Positions 54,181 through 64,000 of a stretch of 64,000 bases of DNA are shown here, in pieces (position 1 is the stretch's first letter; every line of letters starts with the position of its first letter). The stretch covers positions 124,001-188,000 of the forward strand of contig JABVCE010000013.1 of NCBI GenBank assembly GCA_014905635.1. The letters are read 5' to 3'. Source of the DNA: Scenedesmus sp. PABB004 (lineage: Eukaryota). The translations under genes were made by a program, and so were the position numbers. The notes under the pieces were generated by a model that did not search any database, was not told the origin of the DNA, and saw nothing but the letters and a program-made list of their open reading frames with translations.

Positions 54181-57100
54181 TCACGCCGCCGGCCGCGGCG
54201 CGCCGCCGCCCTCCGCCACCGCGACCGCCGCCTCGACCACGCCCACGCCGCCCGGCTGCGCGTGCGCCTGCGGCAGCGGTAGCGACGGCAGCCCCGCGAG
54301 CGCCGCCGCCGCGGCCGCCGCCTGCTGCTGCGCCGCGCGCGCCGGGTTGACCGCGGGGCTGAGCATCGCGGGGCTAAGGTTGGGCGACACCTTGTGCGCG
54401 ACGTGCCACGTGTGCTGCCACAGGTTGTGCTGCGAGTCGCTCCACCCCGGGTGCAGCACGCCCTGCGGCGCCGCGGGCGGGTCGGCGCGCGCGCGGGGCC
54501 GGCCGCAACCCCTGCGGCCCACGCCGCCCAGCAGGCGGCGCGGGGATGCCTGGCCGCCCAGGCAGGCGCTGATTGCAGGTGCAGCGCGCACCATGTCGTG
54601 CAGCATGATCAGCAGGTTCTGCAGCGCCGCCGCCGCCGCCTCGCCCGCGACCTCGCTGCCGCCGCCCGCGGCCGCCTGCAGCGCGCCGAGCACCGCCGTC
54701 CAGAGGCCCGCGAAGCCCGGCTGGCTCGCGAGCGACGGCAGGTGCAGCAGCATGGCCTTGCTCACCACGCGCACCAGCTCGCTCACGGTCACGTCCGCCT
54801 GCACCGGCGGCGGCGGCGGCGGCGGGCGCGCGGGCGTCGGGCGCGGCCCGCCCACGGCTCACCCGCCGCTGCTGTCGCCGCGTGCGCGCCGCCGCCGCCG
54901 CTGGCGCACCTGGGGCATGTCGCGCGCGGCCTTGCCGGTCATGCGTCTGCTGAGCGCCTCGATCGGCGGCAGCAGCCGCTCGCGCAGGCCGCGCTCGATG
55001 CTGCCCGGCAGCACGCCCAGCGCCTCGGCCGACACCGCCGCCTGCTGCAGCATGGCCGTGGCCGCGCTGCGCACCTGCGCGGCGGGCGCCGGCGCCGGCG
55101 GGCGCCGGTCCGCCGGTCAGCCGCCGCGTCCGCCGCGCCGCGCACGTCGCTCCCCCGCGCGCCACACGCGCTCGCCCGCCGCCGGTGCTCGCCCCATGCC
55201 CCCGCTGCTCGCCCCCCGCGCGCGCGCCTGCAGGTCTGGGTGCTCCGCGAGGCGCGCCAGCATCTCCACCAGGTACAGCCAGAACTCGCTCTTGGCGTTG
55301 CTGAACGTGAGGAGCTGCTCACGCGACAGCCCCGCGCCCGCGAGGCTCGCCGCCCAGCCCTCCAGCCACGCCGTGAGGCGCGACAGCAGCGACAGCGTGC
55401 GCTCCTGCGGCGACGCCGGCGGCGGGCGGCGCGCTCGGGTCGGTCGGGCGGGCGCGGCGGCGGCCGGCGGGCGCTCGCCGCCGGCGGCGCGGCGGCGCGC
55501 GGCGGCCCAGCGGCGCGCGGCGGCGGCGCACCTTGAGCTTGGGGTGCTCCAGCGCGGCGCGCTCGATGAACCACACGCTCGCCTCAAGCGCGAGCACGTA
55601 GTTCAGCGGCGTCAGGCTGTGCACCACGACCCAGCGCAGCGCCTCGAGCGACACCTGGCGGCGCCCCGCGGGCCGCGGCGGCGGCGTCAGCGGCGCCGCC
55701 GACGGCGGCTGCTGGCAAACAGCGCGGGCGCGGGCGCGGGCGCGCACCGGGAAGGCCTCGGGCCGCACGCTGGTCATCTTGATCAGGTTGCACGCCGACG
55801 CCCACGCCCACTGCGCCTTGACGTGCGGCGACGCGACCTGCGCGCGGCGGCACGCGGCCGGCGGCGGCGGCGGCGGCGGTCTGCGGCCGGCGCGGCGCGG
55901 CGCAGCACAGCGCGGCACAGCGCAGCGCAGCGCAGCGCAGCGGCGCCGGGGCCCGCGCCGCCGGGGCCTGCGCCGCTGGGGCCTGCGCGCCGGCTGCGGG
56001 GCGCGCCTGGACGAGCGCGAGCATCTCTGCCGCGATGACCTCGGCGTTGAGCCAGGCGACCTCCGGGTCGAGGCTGGGGACGAGCTGCAGCCCGCGCAGC
56101 AGCGGCTCCGCGGCCTCGGGCTTGCACGGCAGCAGGCGCTGGCACAGGCGCAGCAGCCCCACCGCGCCCGCGGCCACGAGCGCGCCGTCCACGCCCTTGC
56201 CGCGGATGATCGCGGACAGGTGGTCCAGCACGGGCGGCCACAGCAGCGACAGGCGGTCGCGGTTGCGCAGCAGCACCACCTGCGACGGCGGCCCCGCGGC
56301 ACCGCAACGTCAGCGGGCGGCGCGCGGCGCGCGGCGCGCTCCGGCCCCAGCTCCCGCCGCGTGGCGCGCGGCGCGCGCACCAGCAGCAGGTCCAGGCACA
56401 GCTCGGCGGCCTCCCAGTCCACCGCGGCGGGCGCGCCCCTGCGCGGCGGCGGACGTGAGGTGGGACGGGGCGGCGGCCGGGCGCAGCGCGGGTCGCGCCC
56501 TGCGCGCTGCGCGTGCGCACCGGTCGCCGTGCCCCCGGTGCGCGGCCTCACGCTCGGGCGTGCCGCCGCCGCCGTGCCCGTGGCCGGCGCCCGCGGGCAG
56601 CGGCCGCGGCAGCGGCCCCGGCGCGGCGATGATGGCCGCGACGAGCGCCTGCGGCCGCGGCGGCGCGGCAGGTCAAGCTCAACTCGAGCAGAGGGGCGCG
56701 GCCGCGCAGGGCCGCCGCGCGGGCGCGTGGCGCGCGCGCGCGCGCACGCGCGCACGCACGCACGCACGCACGCACGCACCTGCAGCGCCTCCTGCTTGAG
56801 GAAGCGGCTGTCCGCAAAGACCTCCTGGATGGCGCAGCGCACGTGCAGCGTCTCCAGCGCAGCGGCCTCCATGTCGCGCTCGGCCTGTGGCCGCGGCGGG
56901 CGCGGTGGCGGCGGCGTTGGCGCGCGAGCGCGGGGCCTGCGCTCGCGCCGCCGGGCGGCGCCCCGCCCGCCCGCACCTGCGTCGCGGCCTTGGCCTCGTA
57001 CTCTGGCTCCTGCAGCGCGATCAGCTGCGTCACGCTGCGCAGGAAGCCGCCGCCGCCGGCGCCACCACCGCGCCGGCTCGCGCCCGCGGCCGCGCGCCGC

Positions 57101-60100
57101 TGCCGCGCCGTGCGCAGCGGCCGGCCGACCGCGCCGGGGCCGGGCGACGGCGGCGCGCCGCCGCCCGGCCCCCGCCCGCGGCGGCGGCGGCGGCCCCGCC
57201 ATTGGCGGCCGCGCCGGCTGCGCCTGCAGCCGCGCCGCCGCTACCGGGCGGGGCGCCGCCCGCGCTGCCGGGCGGCGCGGGCACGCCCCAGACGTCCGTG
57301 TCCAGCAGCGCCTCGAGCGCCGGCGGCAGCAGGTCCAGGCGGTCGAGGCGCAGCACAAGGTCCAGCACGTTGGCCCAGCTGCTGCGCACGCAGTCGCCGT
57401 ACCTGCAGCGGCGGCGGCGGCGGCGGCGGCGTGTGGGGCGCGCGCGGCGCGGGCGCCCGGCGCGGCGCGCGGCTCGGCGCTGGGCGGCGCCGCGCGCGGA
57501 GGGACGGCGCGGCCCGCCCCGCCGCGGCGCCCCCCGCACCGCGTGGCGATGATGCACAGCGTCTCCAGCGCGGCGCGCGCCTTGGCGTCGCGCCCAAACG
57601 CGACGCGCGGCTTGGGCACGCCCGGGTGCAGCGCGGCGCCAAACTTGGCGAGCAGCAGCACCGCCGAGTCGGCCACGCCCTCGACGTCGTAGTGCGCCGC
57701 CAGCCTGTGTGCGCGGCGCGGCGCGGCGCGGCACAGGGCCTCAGCGCCTCGCAGCGCCGCGCCGCGTCGCAGCGCAGCGCACAGCGCGCGGGGCCCACGG
57801 CAGCGGCGAGCCGCGCCGCGCCGCGCACCGCGTCGCCGTGCGCAGGCCCTCGAGCGCGGCGCGCGCCACGGCGTCGCTGTCCGCGTGCTCCAGCACCACG
57901 CCCATCGCGTGCACCGCCTGGCCCCAGACGAGGCGGAACATCATGGTGTCAAAGCAGTGACGCACTGCGCGTGTGTGGGGGTGGTGGTGGTGGTGGGGGG
58001 TGGTGGGGGGTGGGGGGGGGGAGGGCGTCGTCGTGTGGCAGGCCGCGCACGGTCAGCGCCGCCGACCGACCACCGCCGGCCGAGCAAGGCGCGCGGCGCG
58101 CCGGGGGCCGGGGCCCCGCCGAGCCCCCTCTCCCCCGCGCCGCGCGGCGCGCACCCGCGGGCGGCAGCACCAGCGCCGCGCCGCGCGGCGTCGCGCTGCG
58201 CTCGGCCATGATCGCCCAGCTCGCGGCCGAGGCGGGGCCGGCCACCGCGGGCGCGCCGGTGGTGTCGCTCATGCGCAGCGGCGCTGCGCGCCAGGCGCGG
58301 CGGCGGGCGGGCGCGGCGGTCGGGCGTGGCGGCGCGGGCGTGGGCAAAGGCGCGGGCGCGGCGTGCCGGCCAGCAGCCCCGCGCCGCAGGGCCGCGCAGC
58401 GCGCACAGCGCGGCGCGCGGCGCACCGCTGCAGATGCTGTGATAGATGGCCGACAGGAAGGGGCGCGGGAAGTCCTCGCCCGCGTTGACGCCGCGCAGGT
58501 TGCGGCAGAACTCGGCCTCCTCCATCTTCTTCTTGACCTGTGATGACACGCCGCACGGGGCGGCGCGGCGCGGCGCGCGGGGCCGCGCGTGAGCGCGAGC
58601 GAGTGCGCGCGATGGGGCCGGTGGGTCAACGGCAGACCCCGCCCCGCGCCCCGCCCAGGCGTCCGCCGCGCCCCTGCCGCGCGCCCCCGCCGCGCGCCCC
58701 TGCCGCGCGCCCGCGCCCGCGTGCGCGCCTGGCTGTTGTGGCGGTCTGTGTTGAGCATGATGACGCTGTAGGCGAGCACGTACGCGGCGTCCTCGTTCGC
58801 AAAGACCTGCGGCGCGTGGCCGTAGTACGCGCGGCCAAAGGTGTTGATGATGCGGTCGATCTTCTGCGCCTCGCCGGGCAGCTTGAACGACTCCAGGTAC
58901 GTGCGCAGCCCCGCGTCAAAGGAGAGGCCGCCAAAGTCAAACGTCGACGTGAACGCGTCGAGCACCTGCGCCGCGCCGCGGCGGCGAGGGCGCCGGGGCT
59001 CTGTGCGCGCACGCGGCGCGCGCGGGGGGCGCAGGGGGGCTGCGGCGGCGGGAGCTGGATGCGGCGGCCTGCGGGGCGGCGCGCCTTGAGGAAGAACTGG
59101 TCTGGCTCGCCGAGCAGCTCGCCGATGGTGGTCTTGTTGAGGCCCGGGCACACGCGCAGGAAGTGGCCGATCGCCAGCGCCAGCTCGTCCTCGCTCACGC
59201 CCGCCTCGCTGCACACCAGGCGGCGGTGCATGCTGCTTGGCGGCGGCGGCGGCGACGGCGCGCCGCCGCCGTTGGCGGCGGCGGCCGGCTCCGGCTCGGG
59301 CGTGCGCAGCTCCGGGAGCAGCTTGTTGGCCTGCGGCGGCGGCGGCGTCCGGGCGGCAGCTCGGCCGCCAGCGGCGCCGCGCCGCGCCGCGCCGTGCGCG
59401 TGCGGCCGCCCCGCCGCTCCCCCTCTCGCGCCTGCAGGAACTGGAAGCCCTTCTTGTAGTCCCGGTTGAACGTCTCCACCGCCAGCAGCACGCGCTGCTT
59501 CAGGCCCTTCTCAAACGCGGCCACCTCGGCCGCCGACGCCGCGGCGGGCCCGGTCGGCGTCGCCCAGCCGGCGGCGCCCGCCCCGGCGGCGGCGGGCGCG
59601 CCGCCGCCGCCCGCGCGGTCGGCGCGGCTGCCGGGGCCCGCGCTCAGGCGGCGCGCGTGCGGCGAGGGCGCGGCGCCGCGGGCCGCCTCCGCGTCGGCCG
59701 CCGCCGCCGCCGCGAGCGCGGCCGCCGACGCGGGCGCGCCGCCGAGGATCTGGTCGAGCGGCGGGCTATCGCCCCGGCACACGGGGCCCCACACGTCGAT
59801 GTAGCGCCCCGGGCAGCTCATGGGCTGCAGCTGCGGCGGGGGGTCGTCCAGCCTGCGGCGCGCGGGCGCGGGCGCGGCGCGGCGCGGCAGGTCGCGCGCC
59901 CGCCACAACCGCGCGTCCGCGCGGCGCCGCGTGCGTGCAGGCGCTGCCGGCGCGGGCGCCGCCGCCGCCGCCGCCGCGGCCGCGCCGCTCACCGCTCCGC
60001 GAGCGCGCCCAGCAGCGCGAGCAGCGCATCGAGGCTGATCAGGTGCATCGGCCCCAGGCCCTGCCGGCTGCCGCCGCCGCCCGGGAACGCGGTCCTGCTG

Positions 60101-63014
60101 AGCAGGCCGGCCACGTCCTCAAACAGGTTGCTGCGCCGGCAGAGGCGGCAGAGCAGCAGCAGTGAAGCAGGCACGGTGGGCGGCGCGGGCGCTGCGAGCT
60201 GCGGGTGCCGGTGGCCTCGGGGCGGCCGCGCCCAGGAGGCCCGCCGCGCCGCGCCCGGCGGCGGGGCCGCCGCGGGCGCCGCACCTGCGCTCGAGGCGGC
60301 AGTCGCAGGACAGGAACGCTGCGTGCAGGAAGCCCGGGCAGCGCGCGAGGTCTAGCAGCCCCTCCAGCGCCGCCTCCTGCTGCTCGGGGCTGGCCGTGTC
60401 CTTGCCTGCGGGCGCGGCGGCGGGGGCGGCGGGCTCGGCGGGCGCGGCAGCGGCGCCGCCGCCACGCCCTGCCCGCGCAGCTGCCGCCGCCGCCGGCTGG
60501 CGGCGCCGCCTGCTGCTGCCGGCCGAGCGGGCCCCCTCACCGCCGGCGAGGCGCAGCAGCACGCACTGCAGCACCGCCTCGATCTGCATCATGGCCACCG
60601 GGCCCAGCACCTGCCACACCGCCAGCAGCACCTGGCACACGCCGGCAATCACGCCCAGCGACGCCGCCTGCGCCTGCAGGGCGGCGCCGGCGGCGCGGCA
60701 GCGGCAGCGTCGGGGGCGGCGCCGGCGGGGCAGCGCGCGCGCAGGCGCCGGCAGCGGGCGCGCGCCGCACCGCCGCCGACATCGCCGCAAAGAGGTCGCG
60801 CTGCAGCAGGCCCAGCAGCGCCTCGTGCCCCGCGAGCGCCGCGCCGCCGGCGAGCACCGCGCGGTGCACCATGGCCAGGCCAAACATGGCGTACTCGTCG
60901 TCGCCGCCGCCGCCGTCGGCGTCGGCGCGCCGCTGGCCGACGCAGTCGATTAGGAACGACAGCACCTCCACCGCGCACGGCAGGCCGTGCCCGTAGCGCG
61001 GCGCGCCGCCGGAGACGCGCAGCGGCGGCGGCAACGGCTCGGCGACCCCGCCCGAAGCGAACGGCGCGCCGGGGTCGGCGCAGCCGCGCGCGCCGGGGGC
61101 GCTCGACCGCGCGCCGCCGACCGAGCCGTCGGCGGCGAGGGAGGCGAGGTCGCCCGGGTGCACGCTGCTGCTGTCAAACGTCGCGCACGCGTCGCTGCTG
61201 GTGTCGTTGTCGTGGTGGTGCCCGGTCGCGCCCACCGTCTCGCTCAGCTGCCGGCTGAGCGCCGCCGCGCTCGCACCGCCGGATGAGGCGTTGGCCGCCG
61301 CCGCCGCTGCGGCCGCCGCCACCGCCGCCGCGCCGCCGGGCGAGCGCGGCTCCGGCCCAGCGGCGGCGGGCGCCGCCGGCGCCGCTGCCGGCGCCGCCGG
61401 GACGCCCCCGGCCGCCGTGCCGCCATCCGCGCCTGCTGCGGCCTCCGCCTCCACCGCTGCCGCCGCCGCCGCGGCCGCCTCCGCCGCGGCCGCCTCTGCC
61501 GCCGCCGCCTCGGCCGCCGCCGCCGCCTTGGCCGCGGCCGCCTCGGCCGCCGCCGCGGCGACGACGCTGCTGATGTGCGGCAGCACGCCGCCCGCGGCCG
61601 CGGCCTCGTCGGCGGCGGGGCTGCCCGGCTCCAGCTCCTGCAGGCGGCCGAAGACCAGGCCGGTGATCTCGCCCATGATCTGCCGGCTGTAGTGCGTGAG
61701 AAGCTCCGAGACCTCGCGCGCGCTGCGCGCGCTGCGCAGGTCTGCGGCCGTGGGCGGCGGGCGCGCGGGGTCGGCGGGCGGCGGGCGGGCGGGCGGCGCC
61801 GCGTCGGGCGGGCGCCCCGCGCGCCGGCGCCGGCGCGCGCCGTGCGCTGGGCGGTGTGCCGCACCCGCGTCGAGGTTCCCCAGCATGAACGCCGCCTGGT
61901 AGGCCTTGCACACCGACTCGTCGCTCAGGTACGCGCCCGCCTCGCACCGCACGACCGCCTGCAGCACCTGCGCGGCGCGGCGGCGCCGCACCGCGCCGCG
62001 CCGCATCGCGCGCCGCGCCGCGCGCCGCGCTCGCTGGCCGCGCCGCGCGGCCGGCGCAGCGCTGGCCGCCGCGGTCGCTGCCGCGCCTGCAGTATGTTGA
62101 AGAGCACCACCTCGTCGCTCGCGGGGCTGGTGGCCTCAAACTTGCACTGCGTCGTGCTCTGCACGATCGCGTTCACCGCCTCCGCCGCGCCGACCGCGCG
62201 CACGTCTGCGGCGCGGCGCCGCGGCGCGCCCCGTCGGCGGCCGCCGGCGCAGCAGAGGCGCCCCCGGTCCCCCGCGCGCAGCCGCGCGCTCACCGAGCAC
62301 GCCGCTGCTGAGCAGGCGCCACAGCGCGGTGAGCGCCACGCCCGTGATGGGCCCGCTGACCTCCGGCTCCCGCACCAGCTTGAGGAAGGGCGCCAGGAAC
62401 TCCAGCGGCTGCACCTCGGACCAGTCTGCGGCGGCAGCCCGCGCGCAGCGGTTGGCCCCAGCCGCTCCCGCACGGGCTGCGGCGCCGCGCGCCCGCGCGC
62501 CGGTCCCTGTGCCACGCCGCCGCCACGCCCGGTCCTGCGCTGCCGCGGCCCTGCGGCGGCCCCGGCTGCGGCGGCCGCGCGGCGGCGCCCGCCCGCCCGG
62601 GCGCTGCTGCGCCGCCGCTGCTCACCGCCCCAGTCGAAAATCTTGCGCCGCAGGGCCCGGAAGTCCTCGTAGTGCGGCTCGGGCTCCATCTGGTCCTCCT
62701 CCTGCGCAGGCGGCGCGGGGAGGGCTCGCCAACCGCAGCGCCCGGGCCAGGCGCGCCCCGAACGGCCCGCCCCGGGCGCGTGCGTCCGTGCGGCCGGGCC
62801 GTCCCGCGCCGGCCGCGTCCCAGGCGCGCCGCAGCGCGGGCGGGGGCGGCGCTGGCGGGGCGGGGCGCGCGGGGGTTGGGGGGATGCCCCCGCCATCGCT
62901 GCTCACGTTGTACTTGCCCGGCACCACCGCCCACTTGGCGTTCTGGCGCATGGCCGTGATGACCGCCGAGATCTCGGCGTCCAGCTGCAGCGCCAGACGG
63001 TTGCATGGCTCCAT
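54181..63014 (-). CDS. GNOM: GNOM/GBF1-type ARF guanine-nucleotide exchange factor
   Basis: AEISAVITAMRQNAKW, PFLKLVREPEVSGPITGVAL, CKFEATSPASDEVVL (DCB), CDCRLERSNLFED (HUS), Sec7 core LESFKLPGEAQKIDRI..LAYSVIMLNTD, VLLRNRDRLSLLWP. More than 20 introns. Confidence 0.95.
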
Positions 63015-63462
63015 GGCGCCCGCCTGCGCCGCGCGCCGCTGCTTCACGCCCGCGCGCCGCCGCTACCGCATCGCGCCCGCCACGCGCCGCCCTGGCCTGC
63101 ACCGCCTGGCTGGCGGAGGGAGGGCTGGGTGTGCGCGGCGGCGGCGGCCGAGCGCGGCACCGAGCGCGCGTCGCGGCAGGCGAGCGGCTGCGTGACGCGG
63201 CGTCATGCGGGTGTTCGGCGCTTGGCCGCCGCCGCCCGCTCAACAACGCCTAGGGCAGGGCCGCTTCCTCAGCCGCACCCTCCCAACGCACCGCGTGAGG
63301 CGCATCCCCGCGGCCGCCGACCGCGCACCGCGACAACAGCGCCGCCGCTCGCCGCTGCGCGGCGCCGCTCGCTGCCGCCCGCGCAGTGCCCTGCTCAGCG
63401 CGCCCGGAGCGCGGCGTGGGCGCCACCGGGCGGCCCTCGGCAGCTCAGGGAGGGACAGGAGT

Positions 63463-64000
63463 ATGTCGGGCCTCCTGCAGCGCGCCGGCGCGCCCCTGGC
63501 CAGGGCGGCGTCAGGTGAGGAAGCCTTGACGAATTTGCCGCTCATGGGGCGTGCGTGCGGGCCGAGTCCGGCGCGCAGCTGGCGGGGCGAGCGCTGATCT
63601 CCTCGGCCTCTCTGGCGCGGCGTCTGCGCCCGCTCCGGGACGCGCCCGGGCGGCACAGCCCGGCTCCACGCGCAGCGGCAGGCCGAGCGCGTGAACCGAC
63701 GCCGGCAGCGGCCTGGCAGCTGCTGCTGCAGCCAGCGCGTGCAGCACGGCTGTCTCGCTGCCGCGCGGCGCCGTCTGCCCCCGCCCCTGACCCCCCTGAT
63801 TCCCCCATGACACCCCCGCGACGCCGTCGCCGCAGGCAGCGCGGCGCGCCTGTCGGTGCGCGCGGCTGCTGCGGGCGGCGCGCCGCCGCCGCGGCGCCGT
63901 GCGTCGCGCCGCGCCACGGAGCTGGCGGGCGGGGAGGCCGCCGCGGCCGCGCCCGCGCCCGCGCCTGCGCAGCAGCCGGCCGGCGGCGCCCCCGCCGCCC
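63463..64000 (+). CDS. 5' part of a probable plastid-targeted protein (runs off window end)
   Basis: ATG 63463 MSGLLQRAGAPLARAAS, intron GTGAG 63515..CAG 63835, then GSAARLSVRAAAA (VRA transit-peptide motif). Confidence 0.55.

Overview
Gene-dense, extremely GC-rich (about 80% by eye) eukaryotic nuclear DNA. Short spliceosomal introns, TGTAA polyadenylation signals, an OPR protein and plastid-targeted products point to a chlorophyte green alga (inference). The long Ala/Arg/Pro/Gly ORFs in the six-frame track are mostly GC artefacts; real genes had to be spliced together by eye. About 22 protein genes can be supported. They include an acylated LRR protein, OEP21-like, DBP9/DDX56, an OPR protein, a DNL zinc finger (Tim15/HEP), CCB3, NDUFA8, NOM1/SGD1, RAD21, a PDCD4-like MA3 protein, a GT71 mannosyltransferase, a tandem CCCH zinc finger, CCT2, a ubiquitin-RUB1 fusion, an F-box/LRR protein and a GNOM/GBF1 ARF-GEF. 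Three observations stand out. (1) At least 24 introns in 8 genes appear to use GC rather than GT donors, always after an exonic AG (AG|GCGCG or AG|GCACG), roughly one intron in five. (2) A box C/D snoRNA with a 13-nt 18S rRNA antisense element lies inside one of these GC-AG introns in DBP9. (3) A ~295-bp intergenic higher-order array carries nine GAAATTTC palindromic cores spaced 21, 22 or 52 bp apart, close to whole helical turns. Exon boundaries are manual and not validated by transcripts.
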